Shown here one piece after another: positions 1 through 10,700 of a DNA stretch of 43,546 nt. The notes under the pieces were generated by a model. It worked only from the letters and a program-made list of their open reading frames with translations, ran no database searches and was not told the DNA's origin. How positions within the stretch are numbered: the stretch's first letter is position 1; the number at the start of each line of letters is the position of its first letter. Source of the DNA: Gemmatimonadota bacterium (GTDB lineage: Bacteria; Gemmatimonadota; Gemmatimonadetes; Gemmatimonadales; GWC2-71-9); the NCBI GenBank assembly GCA_050264615.1, contig JBLNGI010000320.1, positions 1 through 43,546 of the forward strand. Direction: 5' to 3'. The position numbers and the translations under genes are program-made.

Positions 1-13
1 TCGGGCGCAATCC

Positions 14-931
14 TCACTCCAGCTCTTTTCCCGTGATCCGGCGATAGGCGTCGCGATAACGCGCACTCGTCGCCTCGACCACGTCGTCGGGCAGGGGAGG
101 GGGAGGCGCTTCGCCGTTCCACTTCCCCTGCTTCTTCAGATCGGCCAGGTAGTCGCGCAGGGGCTGCTTGTCGAAGCTCGGCTGGCCGCGGCCCGGCTGG
201 TAGCGATCGGCGGGCCAAAACCGCGAGGAGTCGGGAGTCAGGATCTCGTCGATCACGATCAACTCGCCTTGCGTCGTCGTCCCGAACTCGAATTTCGTGT
301 CGGCGATGATGATCCCGCGTCCCGCCGCATACTCGCGGCCGGCCGAGTAGAGGGCGAGGCTAGCGTCCCGCAGCCGCTCCGCGGGCGCGCGGCCCAGCGC
401 CGCGGCGACATGATCGAACGTGACGTTCTCGTCGTGGCCCTGCTCGGCCTTCGTGGCGGGCGAAAAGATCGGAGGATCGAGCCGCGCGCTTTCGACGAGC
501 CCCTTGGGCATGGGCTCCCCCGCGAGCGTGCCGGATCGTTTGTATTCGGCCCAGGCGGAGCCGGAGATGTAACCCCGGACCACGCACTCGAACGGCACGG
601 TGACGGCCCGGCGACTCAGCATCGCGCGCCCATGCAGCTCGCCCTGGTGCGGAGCGAGCGCGGGCACGCGCCGAACGATCTCAGCCGCGTCGGCTGTAAG
701 GAGGTGGTGCGGCATGACCGCCTGCAAACGCGCGAACCAGAACGCGCTCAGCTGCGTCAGCACGGCCCCCTTGTGGGGGACCGCTTCGTGCATCACGACA
801 TCGAAGGCGCTGACCCGGTCGCTCGCGACCAGGAGCAGGGTCGCGTCGTCGACTTCGTAGACCTCGCGCACTTTCCCGCGCCGCAAGAGGGGGAGGGGGA
901 GCTTGCTTTGGACGAGAACGGCTCCGGTCAT
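14..931 (-). CDS. purC: SAICAR synthase (phosphoribosylaminoimidazole-succinocarboxamide synthase)
   Basis: 305-aa ORF. Motifs [19 protein letters not shown] and [11 protein letters not shown] are typical of long-form PurC. The start overlaps the purB stop by 4 nt. Confidence 0.9.
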   Translation of the reverse strand: MTGAVLVQSKLPLPLLRRGKVREVYEVDDATLLLVASDRVSAFDVVMHEAVPHKGAVLTQLSAFWFARLQAVMPHHLLTADAAEIVRRVPALAPHQGELHGRAMLSRRAVTVPFECVVRGYISGSAWAEYKRSGTLAGEPMPKGLVESARLDPPIFSPATKAEQGHDENVTFDHVAAALGRAPAERLRDASLALYSAGREYAAGRGIIIADTKFEFGTTTQGELIVIDEILTPDSSRFWPADRYQPGRGQPSFDKQPLRDYLADLKKQGKWNGEAPPPPLPDDVVEATSARYRDAYRRITGKELE

Positions 932-2334
932 ACCTGAACCTCCGCTGCGGCCGCCGCGGGCGCGGCTGCCTTGATAGAACGCATCAGGTCCGGCAGGACC
1001 CGATCGAGAAAATCGTCGACCTGCTGCGGCGCCCGGCCCACGTACGCGCCGGGATCGAGCTCCTCCGCCGTGGCGCGTACGCCCAAGCGTTTGAACTCAG
1101 GAGTCTGCGCGAGTCGATCGAGCAGATTCTCCGAGCCCTCGAGGCTCTGGCCGCGAATCACTTCGTGCAGCTGCTGGCGATCCCCACCCGCCTTGACGCC
1201 GCGCATCAGCAGGCGCTCGGTGGCCAGGAAGGGCATCGCGCGGCCAATATGCTCGGCGATCGTCGTCTCGCGGACCTCGATGCCCGCCGCGACGTTCGTG
1301 GCCAGCACCAGAATCGCGTCGGTCGCCAGGAAGGCTTCGGGAATGACCAGGCGGCGGTTCGCACTGTCGTCGAGGGTACGCTCGAGCCACTGAGCCGCGG
1401 CCGTGTGCCAGGCGTTCCCCTCGAGTTCGATCACAAAGCGCGCCAGGCTGGTCATCCGTTCGGCGCGCATCGGATTGCGCTTGTAGGGCATGGCCGAAGA
1501 GCCGACCTGCTCGCTCTCGAACGGCTCGAGCAACTCTCCCTCGTGTTGCAGCAGCCGGAGATCCGTCGCGAACTTCGACGCCGACTGCGCGATGCCCGAC
1601 AAGACGGCGAGGACCTGCCCGTCGAGCTTGCGCGTGTAGGTCTGGCCCGTGATCGGCAGCACCTGCTCGAATCCCAGCGCGCGAGATACGCGGGTGTCGA
1701 GGTCGGCGACCTTCGCATGATCGCCCTCGAACAGCTCGAGGAAGCTCGCCTGAGTGCCGGTCGTCCCTTTCACGCCGCGGAACCGCAGCGTCCCGATCCG
1801 GTGCAGCAGCTCTTCGGCATCGAGCGCGAAATCCTGCATCCACATCGTCACGCGCTTGCCGACCGTGGTGAGCTGGGCTTGCTGGAAGTGGGTGTACGCG
1901 AGACAGGGGAGGGCGCGATAGCGGCGCGCGACTGTGCCCATGGCGATCAGGACGGCGCCGATCCGTCCCAGCAGCAGCTGCATCCCTTCGCGCATCAACA
2001 CCAGATCCGCGTTGTCGGTGACATACGCGCTCGTGGCGCCAAGATGAATGAAGGGACGCGCCGCCGGCGCTTGGTCGCCGAGGTGGTGGATGTGGGCCAT
2101 CACGTCGTGACGCAGCCGGCGCTCGTAATCGGCCGCCTTGTCGAGGTCGGCGTCGTCGAGATGCGCGCGAAGCTGACGCACCGCCTCATCCGAAATCCCG
2201 ACTCCCAACTCCTTCTCCCCTTCCATCAGCGCAAGCCATAACCGTCGCCACAAACCAATGCGACGGCGCTCGCCCCAGAGCGCCTGCATCGCGGGCGAGG
2301 CGTAGCGCGCGGAGAGCGGGGAGACCCAGGTCAA
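928..2334 (-). CDS. purB: adenylosuccinate lyase
   Basis: 468-aa ORF with the fumarate-lyase signature [14 protein letters not shown] start overlaps the tal stop (TTGA). Confidence 0.9.
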   Translation of the reverse strand: MTWVSPLSARYASPAMQALWGERRRIGLWRRLWLALMEGEKELGVGISDEAVRQLRAHLDDADLDKAADYERRLRHDVMAHIHHLGDQAPAARPFIHLGATSAYVTDNADLVLMREGMQLLLGRIGAVLIAMGTVARRYRALPCLAYTHFQQAQLTTVGKRVTMWMQDFALDAEELLHRIGTLRFRGVKGTTGTQASFLELFEGDHAKVADLDTRVSRALGFEQVLPITGQTYTRKLDGQVLAVLSGIAQSASKFATDLRLLQHEGELLEPFESEQVGSSAMPYKRNPMRAERMTSLARFVIELEGNAWHTAAAQWLERTLDDSANRRLVIPEAFLATDAILVLATNVAAGIEVRETTIAEHIGRAMPFLATERLLMRGVKAGGDRQQLHEVIRGQSLEGSENLLDRLAQTPEFKRLGVRATAEELDPGAYVGRAPQQVDDFLDRVLPDLMRSIKAAAPAAAAAEVQV

Positions 2335-2999
2335 ACCGCGGCCTTGGCTCGCGCGACGAGCTTATTCCAGTCGGCGAGGAACTGCTCGAGCCCCCGGTCG
2401 GTGAGCGGATGCAGCAGCAGCTTCTTCAAGACCTCGGGCGGCAGCGTGGCCACATCGGCGCCGATCATCGCTGCTTCCACGACATGCCGCGGATGGCGGA
2501 TCGACGCGGCCAGGATCTCGGTCGCGATGTTGTAGTTGTCGAAGATCGCGCGGGCCTCGCGAATGACGTCCATCCCTTCCTGGCCCACGTCGTCGAGCCG
2601 GCCGATGAACGGACTCACGTACGACGCGCCGGCCTTCGCGGCGATCAGACACTGCACGCTCGAGAAGCACAGCGTCACGTTGGTACGAATGCCGTCGGAC
2701 GCGAGCCGCCGGACCGCCACCATGCCCGCTTCCATCATCGGGATCTTCACGACGATGTTCTCGGCGATCCTGGCGAGCTCTTTGCCTTCCTTCACCATCC
2801 CATCCGCGTCCAGGGCGACCACTTCGGCCGAGACGGGTCCTTCGACCAGCGAGCAGATTTCCTTCAGGACATCCCGCGGATCGAGATCGCCCGCCTGTTT
2901 GGATAAGAGCGAAGGATTGGTCGTAATGCCGTCGATCAGCCCGGCTTGTGCGGCCCAGCTGATGTCTTTGAGACTTGCGGTGTCGAGGAAAAACTTCAT
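2331..2999 (-). CDS. tal: short-form transaldolase / fructose-6-phosphate aldolase family protein
   Basis: 222-aa [12 protein letters not shown]-terminus, GITTNPSL, a VKIP Schiff-base lysine region and YVSPFIGR all match the TalC/Fsa subfamily. Confidence 0.85.
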   Translation of the reverse strand: MKFFLDTASLKDISWAAQAGLIDGITTNPSLLSKQAGDLDPRDVLKEICSLVEGPVSAEVVALDADGMVKEGKELARIAENIVVKIPMMEAGMVAVRRLASDGIRTNVTLCFSSVQCLIAAKAGASYVSPFIGRLDDVGQEGMDVIREARAIFDNYNIATEILAASIRHPRHVVEAAMIGADVATLPPEVLKKLLLHPLTDRGLEQFLADWNKLVARAKAAV

Positions 3000-3811
3000 G
3001 GCGTAGACTCCTCGGCAAAGAGTTCCGATGGGTAGCGCACCGCTTCCAGATACAGGCCTTGAGGCGGGGCGGGCGGACTGGCCGCCAGATTGTTCTCAGC
3101 AGCGAGCAGATGGAGGAAATCTGCCGGCGGGCGCCGGCCGAGGGCGATATCGACCATGGTGCCCACGATGAACCGCACCATGTGATGCAGAAACCGATCG
3201 GCCTCGACCGTGAACATCAGCCCCACCCCGTCCGCTCGCGGCGCCCATTCTGCTAGCGCCACGCGGCATTGGTAATGGGTTGTGTTCGCGCCGGCCGCAG
3301 CCAGGCCGCGAAAACTGTGCTCTCCCAGGAGTGCCGCCGCGGCACTTCCCAACACGCGCACATCGAGCGCTTGTCCGAGCGCCCATTCATACGGGCGGCG
3401 AAACGGCGATGCGGCCGCCTCATCGGTCCCGATCAGGTACCGGTAGCGCCGTGCCGTGGCGCTGCGTCGTGCGTCGAAGCCGGGTCGCATCAGATGCACC
3501 CGCTCTACCCAGATCTCCCGCGGCAGCAGGGCGTTCAACGCGCGGCGCAAGTCCGCTGGGTGCGACACCCAGCGCTCGCTGCCCTGGAAGCTGACTCCCT
3601 GTCCGAGGGCGTGGACTCCGGTATCGGTTCGCCCCGCTCCGGTCGCCGCCGTGCGCCGTCCCATCAAGCGCTCCAGGACCGCTTCGAACTCCGCCTGGAC
3701 CGTGCGATCTTCCGGCTGCCGCTGCCACCCTGCGAAGCCACCCCCGTCGTACTGGATCACCGCGAGAAAGGGGCGGCTTGTCACGGGAGGAAAGATGCAA
3801 CTCGTTGTCAC
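2996..3811 (-). CDS. truA: tRNA pseudouridine(38-40) synthase
   Basis: 271-aa [15 protein letters not shown] and [11 protein letters not shown] (catalytic Asp) motifs. GTG start; ATGA overlap with tal. Confidence 0.9.
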   Translation of the reverse strand: MTTSCIFPPVTSRPFLAVIQYDGGGFAGWQRQPEDRTVQAEFEAVLERLMGRRTAATGAGRTDTGVHALGQGVSFQGSERWVSHPADLRRALNALLPREIWVERVHLMRPGFDARRSATARRYRYLIGTDEAAASPFRRPYEWALGQALDVRVLGSAAAALLGEHSFRGLAAAGANTTHYQCRVALAEWAPRADGVGLMFTVEADRFLHHMVRFIVGTMVDIALGRRPPADFLHLLAAENNLAASPPAPPQGLYLEAVRYPSELFAEESTP

Positions 3812-3842
3812 TATTTGACAAGGGTGATAGCCTTAACCCCTC

Positions 3843-4880
3843 ATGGACGTGTCGCCGCTGCGCCGCGCACTCATCGCACTCGCCAATCGGCAGTCGCTGT
3901 CCGAAGGCCAGACGGCCGACGTGTTCGGGATCGTGATGAGCGGTGAAGCGACGCCGGGACAGATCGGCGGACTGCTCATGGGGCTGCGCGCCAAAGGCGA
4001 AACCGCCGATGAGCTGGCCGGCGCCGCGCGCGCGCTGCGCAACGCGATGGTTCGCGTCGCGGCAACGCACCCGCATCTCGTGGACACATGCGGCACCGGC
4101 GGCGGTGCCGTGTCCACGTTCAACATCTCGACGGTGGCGGCGTTCGTGGCTGCCGGGGCGGGCGCGGTGGTCCCCAAGCACGGCAACCGGTCGTACACAT
4201 CGCGCTGCGGCTCAGCGGACGTACTCGAGGCCCTCGGCGTGCGGATCGTGCTGGACGCGAACAACGCCACGCGCGTGCTGAACGAGGCGCGCATCGTGTT
4301 CCTGTTTGCGCCCAATTTTCACCCTGCGATGAAGCACGTGGGCCCGGTGCGCCGCGAGCTCGGCACACCCACGCTCATGAACCTCGTCGGCCCGCTCGCG
4401 AATCCGGCGGGCGTGACGCGGCAGGTGATTGGCGTGGCCGAATCCGATCGCGCCGCGATCGTGGCCGACGCGCTCGTGCGGCTGGGCGCCGAACACGCGC
4501 TGGTGGTGAACGGCCGCGTCGGCATGGACGAGATCTCGCCCCACGGGATCACGGACGTCTGGGAGGTGCGAGACGGCGCCGTGCGCAAGTGGGAAATCGA
4601 TCCCACGCGGTTTCGCCTCGGGATCGACGATGTGACATCGTTGCAGGGCGGGGAGCCGGCGGCGAACGCGGAACGACTGGAGCGGATTCTCGGCAACGGT
4701 GCCGCCGATCCGGTAGGTCTGGCCGCGGTACTCCTGAACGCCGGCGCGGCGATCTACGTGGCGGGGATTGCGAGCTCGCTCGCCGAGGGCATCGGGCGGG
4801 CGCGTGAGGTGGTGGCGTCGGGGGCGGCGCGTGCCGCACTCGACCGGCTGCGTAAAGCGACCGCTAGTATTTCCGGATGA
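3843..4880 (+). CDS. trpD: anthranilate phosphoribosyltransferase
   Basis: 345-aa ORF with VDTCGTGGG, KHGNRS and NLVGPLANP motifs. Confidence 0.92.
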   Translation: MDVSPLRRALIALANRQSLSEGQTADVFGIVMSGEATPGQIGGLLMGLRAKGETADELAGAARALRNAMVRVAATHPHLVDTCGTGGGAVSTFNISTVAAFVAAGAGAVVPKHGNRSYTSRCGSADVLEALGVRIVLDANNATRVLNEARIVFLFAPNFHPAMKHVGPVRRELGTPTLMNLVGPLANPAGVTRQVIGVAESDRAAIVADALVRLGAEHALVVNGRVGMDEISPHGITDVWEVRDGAVRKWEIDPTRFRLGIDDVTSLQGGEPAANAERLERILGNGAADPVGLAAVLLNAGAAIYVAGIASSLAEGIGRAREVVASGAARAALDRLRKATASISG

Positions 4881-5472
4881 CGCCGACGACGACGCCCTGG
4901 ACGATGACGTCGCGCTCATTCAGGCGCAGGGGCTGGACCGTGTCGTTGGCCGGCTGCAGCCTGATCCAGCCGCCCGGCTCGCGGAAAAAGCGCTTCACGG
5001 TGGCACCCTCGCCGTGGACCAGTGCGATGACGGTCTGCCCGGGGTCGGCCTGGTTGCGCTCCTGAACGACGACGTAGTCGCCGTCCTTGATGTGCTCATC
5101 GATCATGGAATCACCGCGGACCTTCAGCACGTAACTGCGGCCGCGTCGGGGCAGGAGCTCATCGGGAACGGCGATCGTCTCATCACTGCTGACGGCTTCG
5201 ATCGGATGGCCGGCGGCGACGAGACCCAGGAGCGGGAGTTCGGTCGCGCCGGTCTGCCCCTTGGGCGGGACGACTTCGATCGCGCGGCTCTCGTTATGCG
5301 TGCGGCGGATGTAGCCTTTGCGCTCGAGATTGGTGAGGTGCTCGTGAACCGTTGCCAGCGACTGGAACCCGAATTGGCGGGCGATCTCCTCGAAGGAGGG
5401 GGCGTAGCCCTTCTCCTCGAGCTGTTTCCCGATGAAATCCAGGATCTCGCGCTGGCGTCGCGTAACCGGCAT
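4864..5472 (-). CDS. lexA: LexA repressor (S24 autopeptidase)
   Basis: 202-aa ORF. N-terminal winged-HTH (TRRQREILDFI), VAAG cleavage region, RGDSM catalytic Ser and a downstream Lys (VKRF). The 3' end overlaps trpD convergently by 17 nt. Confidence 0.92.
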   Translation of the reverse strand: MPVTRRQREILDFIGKQLEEKGYAPSFEEIARQFGFQSLATVHEHLTNLERKGYIRRTHNESRAIEVVPPKGQTGATELPLLGLVAAGHPIEAVSSDETIAVPDELLPRRGRSYVLKVRGDSMIDEHIKDGDYVVVQERNQADPGQTVIALVHGEGATVKRFFREPGGWIRLQPANDTVQPLRLNERDVIVQGVVVGVIRKY

Positions 5473-5480
5473 TTTGGCTC

Positions 5481-5525
5481 CCGAAGATATACCGAAGCAC
5501 TAATCTACCCGAACAACGACCGAAC
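5481..5525. promoter_or_regulatory. four CCGAA[G/C] direct repeats, including a GAAC-N7-GAAC (alphaproteobacterial-type) candidate LexA box
   Basis: CCGAAG-N5-CCGAAG at 5481-5497 and CCGAAC-N5-CCGAAC at 5509-5525. The latter contains GAAC-aacgacc-GAAC at 5511-5525. Both sit in the 59-nt lexA/trpC divergent intergenic region. Confidence 0.35.
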
Positions 5526-5531
5526 GCAAGG

Positions 5532-6317
5532 ATGCCGACGCTAGCCTCAATACTGGCCGAAACGCGAACCCGCGTCTCCCATCTTGAAAGAAAGGGTGCC
5601 GGGTTCGCCCAGTTGGTTGGCAAGGCGCCGGCAGCCAAGCCATTCCTGCACACCCCCGGGACGCTGGTGGGCGTGATCGCCGAGGTCAAACGGCGCTCAC
5701 CTTCCCAGGGAGCGATCCGTCCGGACCTCGATCCGGTCACCTCCGCCCGGAGCTACGAACGGGGCGGAGCCGTGGCGGTGTCAGTTCTGACCGAGCAGCG
5801 CCACTTTGGAGGGTCGATCGAAGACCTGCGACAAGTGGCGGCGGCGGTGTCCGTGCCCGTGTTGCGAAAGGATTTCATCATTCATCCGACCCAGGTTCTC
5901 GAAGCCCGAATTGCCGGTGCGAGCGCGGTGCTGCTCATCGCGCGAATCCTGGAGCGACGGCAACTGCAGGAGTTGGCGGCCGCCATCCGGGAGCTGAGCA
6001 TGACGCCGCTGATCGAAGTGCACGCCGCCGGCGAGCTCGATGCGGCGTTTGCGGCCGATCCGGAGGTGCTCGGCGTCAACGCCCGAGACTTGGACACGCT
6101 CGAGCTGAATCCCGACCGTGCCGTGGAGGTCATGCACCGGGTGCCCCCGGGCGTCACGCTCGTCGCAGAGAGCGGCGTTCAAACGCGGGACGATGTCGAG
6201 CGACTGGCCGGTGCCGGCGCCGATTTCGTCCTGGTCGGGACCAGCGTGGCTCGCCACGACGATCCCGAGCAGGCGGTACGAGCCTTGACCGGAGTGCAGC
6301 GACGGCCGCGGCGATGA
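5532..6317 (+). CDS. trpC: indole-3-glycerol phosphate synthase
   Basis: 261-aa ORF with [23 protein letters not shown] and GVNARDL motifs. Confidence 0.92.
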   Translation: MPTLASILAETRTRVSHLERKGAGFAQLVGKAPAAKPFLHTPGTLVGVIAEVKRRSPSQGAIRPDLDPVTSARSYERGGAVAVSVLTEQRHFGGSIEDLRQVAAAVSVPVLRKDFIIHPTQVLEARIAGASAVLLIARILERRQLQELAAAIRELSMTPLIEVHAAGELDAAFAADPEVLGVNARDLDTLELNPDRAVEVMHRVPPGVTLVAESGVQTRDDVERLAGAGADFVLVGTSVARHDDPEQAVRALTGVQRRPRR

Positions 6318-7492
6318 CGACGACCGAGACCGGACGGTTCGGTCCTTACGGGGGCCGGTATGTTCCCGAAACGCTGATGCACGCGCTCGAGGAGCTGGCG
6401 GGCGTGTACGACACAGCGCGCGCCGACACGGCGTTCTGGGCGGAGCTCGATGACTTGCTCCGGAACTACGTGGGCCGGCCGACGCCGATCACCGCCGTTC
6501 CCCGATTGTCGGCGCACGTCGGAGCCCAGGTGATTCTCAAGCGTGAGGATCTCAATCACACGGGCGCGCACAAGATCAACAACACCCTGGGACAGGTGCT
6601 GCTCGCGCGACGCATGCACAAGCGGCGCATCATCGCCGAGACCGGGGCGGGCCAGCATGGTGTGGCGACCGCCACGGTGTGCGCGCGGTTCGGTCTCGAG
6701 TGTGTCGTGTACATGGGCGAAGAAGACATGCGCCGCCAGCGTCTGAATGTTTACCGCATGGAGTTGATGGGCGCGACGGTCGTTCCCGTCACGTCCGGCA
6801 CGCGCACGCTGAAGGATGCCACCAACGAAGCGCTGCGCGACTGGGTCACCAACGTCACCACGACGCATTACATCATCGGCTCCGTCGTCGGCCCGGACCC
6901 GTTTCCGCGCCTGGTGCGCGATTTCCAATCCGTGATCGGACGGGAAGCCCGCGCGCAATGTCGCGAGCGGTTCGGGCGTCTCCCCAGCGTGGTGGTGGCG
7001 TGTGTCGGCGGCGGTTCCAACGCGCTCGGCATCTTCACGGCGTTCCTCGAGGACAAAGAAGTCCGGCTCGTCGGAGTCGAAGCGGCCGGCGAAGGGGTCA
7101 CCAGTCACAAGCACGCCGCGACCCTCGCGAAAGGACGCCCCGGCGTCTTTCACGGCAGCCTGAGCTACCTCCTGCAAGACGCCGATGGCCAGGTGCAGCC
7201 CGCGCACAGCGTGTCCGCCGGTCTCGACTATCCCGGCGTAGGCCCTGAGCACGCTTACCTGAAGGACACCGCGCGGGTATTGTATGAGGCCGTGACGGAC
7301 CGGGAGGCGCTGGACGCATTCGCGGCCCTGTCGCGCCTGGAAGGCATTCTACCGGCGCTGGAAAGCGCGCATGCCATTGCGTGGGTCATGCAGGGCCGGT
7401 GGACCCCGGACGACCTTCTCCTCATTAACCTGAGCGGCCGCGGCGACAAGGACGTCGCGATGGTCGCCGAGCTTACTGGAGCAGCGCTCTGA
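6314..7492 (+). CDS. trpB: tryptophan synthase beta subunit
   Basis: 392-aa [12 protein letters not shown] (PLP lysine) and GGGSNA motifs. ATGA overlap with trpC. Confidence 0.95.
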   Translation: MTTTETGRFGPYGGRYVPETLMHALEELAGVYDTARADTAFWAELDDLLRNYVGRPTPITAVPRLSAHVGAQVILKREDLNHTGAHKINNTLGQVLLARRMHKRRIIAETGAGQHGVATATVCARFGLECVVYMGEEDMRRQRLNVYRMELMGATVVPVTSGTRTLKDATNEALRDWVTNVTTTHYIIGSVVGPDPFPRLVRDFQSVIGREARAQCRERFGRLPSVVVACVGGGSNALGIFTAFLEDKEVRLVGVEAAGEGVTSHKHAATLAKGRPGVFHGSLSYLLQDADGQVQPAHSVSAGLDYPGVGPEHAYLKDTARVLYEAVTDREALDAFAALSRLEGILPALESAHAIAWVMQGRWTPDDLLLINLSGRGDKDVAMVAELTGAAL

Positions 7493-7521
7493 CGAACCCC
7501 ACGTCGCCCGTCCCGGAGCTG

Positions 7522-9231
7522 GTGCTCCCGCCGTCGCAAGTCGAAGAGCTGATGCAAGTCATCAGCAAGGGAATGCGAGCGACGCAGTTGTACCTGCCGA
7601 ACAATCCGGTCTACCAGCGTGCCGTCGAAAACATCCGGACCGCCTTCCGGCAGATCTGGCAGGCGACCGACGATCTCATCTTCGATGTCGGCGAAACCCA
7701 GATCCGCTGGGAAGACAACGTCGTCTACAGTCAGGACCAGCGCCACGAGAGCATCGCGTGGACGCTGTTCAAGGACGGCGTCCGCTCGCTCACGTTCAAG
7801 CCCGGCGTCGAAGAGGCCGAGATCGTGCGTTTTCTGGCGGTGCTGCACCAGGCGAAGAATCTGCAGGCCGATGCCCCGGACGATCTGCTCACGCTGCTGT
7901 GGGCAGAAGACTTTCAGTTCATCTCGTACACGTTCCGTGAGCTGGCCAGTGAGAACGCAGTGCCGATCGAAAAGTCGGAGACCACCATTCCGGATGTGGG
8001 AGGCGGCGGCACGCCGGGTGGGGACGCGGGCCCGGGCCAGGCCACGACGATCCGGCGCCAGGTCGAAGAGGAGGCGCCACCCAAGCGCGAGGGACTCGTC
8101 TCGGTCGATGATTTCGATACGACGTTGTACTTCCTCGACGACAAGGAGATCGAGTACCTCCATAAGGAGGTAGAACGCGAATACGCGCAGGACCTGCGCG
8201 GCAACGTGCTGGCGATGCTGTTCGACCTGCTCGAGCTGCAGACGTACGGGACGGTGCGCGCCGAGCTCATCTCGATCGTCGAGAACTTCATCCCGTATCT
8301 GCTGGGCGCCGGAGACTTCCGGTCGGTCGCGTTTATCCTGCGGGAGTGCAAGGTCATCCTGCAGCGCGCGCGCGAGCTGATCCCGGAGCATCGCCAGATC
8401 CTCGAAAGCCTGCCGGGCCGGCTGTCGCAGCCCGACGCGCTGTCGCAGCTGCTCCAGTCTCTGGACGAAGCCGCGAGCCACCCGACCGAGGATGAGCTCA
8501 GCGAGCTGTTCGGCGAGCTGCGTTCCGAGGCGCTCGGCACGCTGATGTCCTGGCTGCCCAAGTTGAGCAACGAGCGCGTCCGCAGCCTCGTGCAGACTGC
8601 CGCCGAGCGGCTCGCGCAGGCGCACGCCGCCGAGGTCCTCAAAGCGCTGGCGAGCAGCGATCCGGCAGTCCAGCTCGAGATGGTGCGGCTGGCGGGCCGG
8701 CTCAGGCTTCCCGGCGCGCCGGAGGGGATGGGTCCGCTGCTGGAGCGCGGCGAGCGCGATCTCAAGCTCGCCGTGGTCGAAGCGCTCACCACGATCGGCA
8801 GTCCAAGCGCGACGCGTCTGCTCGAGAAGGCGATCGACGACGGCGAGCGCGACGTGCGCATCACCGCGGTCAAATTTCTGGGCACCCGTGGGCACCGCAA
8901 CGCGTTTCCGCGCATCGAAGCCGCCGTGATCGGCCCCAAGCTCAAGGACGCCGATCTGACGGAGAAGATGGCGTTCTTCGAGGCGTATGGATCGCTCGCC
9001 GGCGCGGGCGGCATTCCAACGCTCGAAAAAATGCTCGTGCCCAGGGGCGGCTTGCTCGCGCGCAAGGAAGACCCGGAGACCCGGGCCTGCGCGGCTATGG
9101 CCCTCGGCAAGATCCGCACGCCGGCCGCGCGCGACGTGCTGCAAAAGGTGACCCAGGACAAGGAAGCATTGGTGCGTAATGCCGTGAACCGCGCGCTCCG
9201 CGAAGTGGGCGGGGGGAGCACGCCCGCATGA
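7522..9231 (+). CDS. HEAT-repeat protein with an N-terminal domain paralogous to that of the adjacent HD-GYP protein
   Basis: 569-aa ORF with a GTG start. The C-terminal third carries repeated HEAT/PBS-lyase-like units (VRITAVKFLG, TRACAAMALGKIRTPAARDVL, ALVRNAVNRAL). The N-domain (LYLPNNPVYQRAVENI) resembles the N-terminus of the next gene. Confidence 0.6.
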   Translation: MLPPSQVEELMQVISKGMRATQLYLPNNPVYQRAVENIRTAFRQIWQATDDLIFDVGETQIRWEDNVVYSQDQRHESIAWTLFKDGVRSLTFKPGVEEAEIVRFLAVLHQAKNLQADAPDDLLTLLWAEDFQFISYTFRELASENAVPIEKSETTIPDVGGGGTPGGDAGPGQATTIRRQVEEEAPPKREGLVSVDDFDTTLYFLDDKEIEYLHKEVEREYAQDLRGNVLAMLFDLLELQTYGTVRAELISIVENFIPYLLGAGDFRSVAFILRECKVILQRARELIPEHRQILESLPGRLSQPDALSQLLQSLDEAASHPTEDELSELFGELRSEALGTLMSWLPKLSNERVRSLVQTAAERLAQAHAAEVLKALASSDPAVQLEMVRLAGRLRLPGAPEGMGPLLERGERDLKLAVVEALTTIGSPSATRLLEKAIDDGERDVRITAVKFLGTRGHRNAFPRIEAAVIGPKLKDADLTEKMAFFEAYGSLAGAGGIPTLEKMLVPRGGLLARKEDPETRACAAMALGKIRTPAARDVLQKVTQDKEALVRNAVNRALREVGGGSTPA

Positions 9232-10700
9232 CGACGCCGGGCGGGAAACGGCCGTCGATAATGGAGACCGTCCAGACCACGGACGGTTTCCTCCGCCATG
9301 CCGGACGCGATTTCCTGATCGTGCTGTATACGGCGTTCCGCTCACTCAAGCTCTATCCCATCGAAAACGCCCAGGTGCAGAAGGCGCTCGACGATCTCGC
9401 GGCCACCACCAAGCAGCTGCTCGACGTGGAGCGCGAGCTCGAAATCCGGCTCCAGGGCGAGTTCATCTTCGTCAACTCGACGCGGCTGCGGCTCGACCTC
9501 GACAACTACGCCTCGTTCTCCCACATCCTCAACCTGCTCCAGCAATGCGGCATCGGGACGGTCCGCGTCGACGAGGGCGTGGACCGCAAGCAGCTGCAGG
9601 TCTTCGTCTCGCTGTTGCTGTCGTACGCCGCGAAGGAGGCCAACCCCAACAAGCTGTTCGAGCTGTCCCAAAAAATGGTCGACGGCGGTGTGTCGTTCAT
9701 TTCCCTGGAGCCGCCGCTGGAGCAGGAGGAGGACGTCGAAGAAGAAGAGCGTCAGAAGGAAGCCGCGAAGCGGACCTACGCCCGTTCCGTTGCGGTCACC
9801 AAGGAAGTGATCAATTCGATTCGCATGGGCCGCACCGCCAACGTGAAGAAGGTCAAGCGTGCGGTGCAGGCCATCGTCGATCAAGTGCTCAACAACGAGT
9901 CGTCGCTCGTAGGGCTGACCACGCTGCGCGACTACGACGAGTACACCTTCACGCACTCCGTGAACGTCTGCATCTTCTCGGTTGCGCTCGGGCGCAAGCT
10001 CGGGCTCACCAAGCTCCAGCTGTACGACGTCGGCATGGCGGCGCTCTTCCATGACGTGGGCAAGTCCCGCGTGCCGCTGGAGGTCCTCAATAAGGAAGGC
10101 GGGCTCTCCGAAGAAGAGTGGCGCATCATGCAGGCGCACCCGTGGCTGGGCGTGCTGACGCTCTTCGGGCTGCGCGGGTATGGGGAAATCCCCTACCGGG
10201 GCATGGTTGTGGCGTACGAGCATCACATGAAGATCGACCTGACGGGGTATCCGAAGTCCATTCGGCCCCGGTTGCTGTCGATCTACTCGAAGGTGATCGC
10301 CGTCGCAGACGGCTTCGACGCCGCCACGAGCCGGCGAATCTACCAGACGGTGCCGATTCAGCCCGACGCGGTGCTCAAGGAAATGTGGGAGAACCCGCGC
10401 CGCGGCTACGATCCCGTCGTGGTGAAAGCGTTCATCAATCTCATCGGGATCTATCCGGTGGGGACGTGCGTCATTCTCGACACCTATGAAGTCGCCCTGG
10501 TCCACACTGCGAATCCGGACGTCGCCCACGTGCACCGGCCCGTGGTCCGGCTCGTGACGACGCCCGATGGCGCGCTGCTCAACCCCGGGACGGTCGTGGA
10601 TCTGTCGGAGAAAGACGCGAACGGCAATTACCCGCGCACCATCGTCAAGGTCACCGACCCGGTCAAATACGGCATCAACGTCAGCGACTACTTTGTCTGA
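9228..10700 (+). CDS. HD-GYP domain protein (putative c-di-GMP phosphodiesterase)
   Basis: 490-aa ORF with HSVNV...LFHDVGK...HHMKIDLTGYP (HD and GYP motifs). ATGA overlap with the HEAT gene. Confidence 0.8.
   Translation: MTTPGGKRPSIMETVQTTDGFLRHAGRDFLIVLYTAFRSLKLYPIENAQVQKALDDLAATTKQLLDVERELEIRLQGEFIFVNSTRLRLDLDNYASFSHILNLLQQCGIGTVRVDEGVDRKQLQVFVSLLLSYAAKEANPNKLFELSQKMVDGGVSFISLEPPLEQEEDVEEEERQKEAAKRTYARSVAVTKEVINSIRMGRTANVKKVKRAVQAIVDQVLNNESSLVGLTTLRDYDEYTFTHSVNVCIFSVALGRKLGLTKLQLYDVGMAALFHDVGKSRVPLEVLNKEGGLSEEEWRIMQAHPWLGVLTLFGLRGYGEIPYRGMVVAYEHHMKIDLTGYPKSIRPRLLSIYSKVIAVADGFDAATSRRIYQTVPIQPDAVLKEMWENPRRGYDPVVVKAFINLIGIYPVGTCVILDTYEVALVHTANPDVAHVHRPVVRLVTTPDGALLNPGTVVDLSEKDANGNYPRTIVKVTDPVKYGINVSDYFV

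Noticed and set aside
3812-3842. TTGACA hexamer (3815-3820) as a trpD promoter, or a trp leader/attenuator
   Set aside because: No acceptable -10 lies at 16-19 nt spacing. The 31-nt gap is too short for a leader peptide or terminator/antiterminator structure.
5473-5531. Palindromic LexA boxes (CTGT-N8-ACAG, or GAAC-N4-GTTC Cheo box)
   Set aside because: Neither is present on either strand. Only the direct-repeat arrangement was found, and it is reported separately with low confidence.
7255-9345. 696-aa ORF on the minus strand, antisense to the HEAT-repeat gene. Similar long antisense ORFs occur at 9342-10784, 12732-14081, 20769-23477 (902 aa), 29701-31992 (763 aa), 32210-34033 and 38407-39843.
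   Set aside because: They are Arg/Pro/Gly/Asp-rich low-complexity translations with no recognisable motifs. Each lies opposite a gene with strong family signatures. These are typical shadow ORFs of a ~68% GC genome, where stop codons are rare in the antisense frame.
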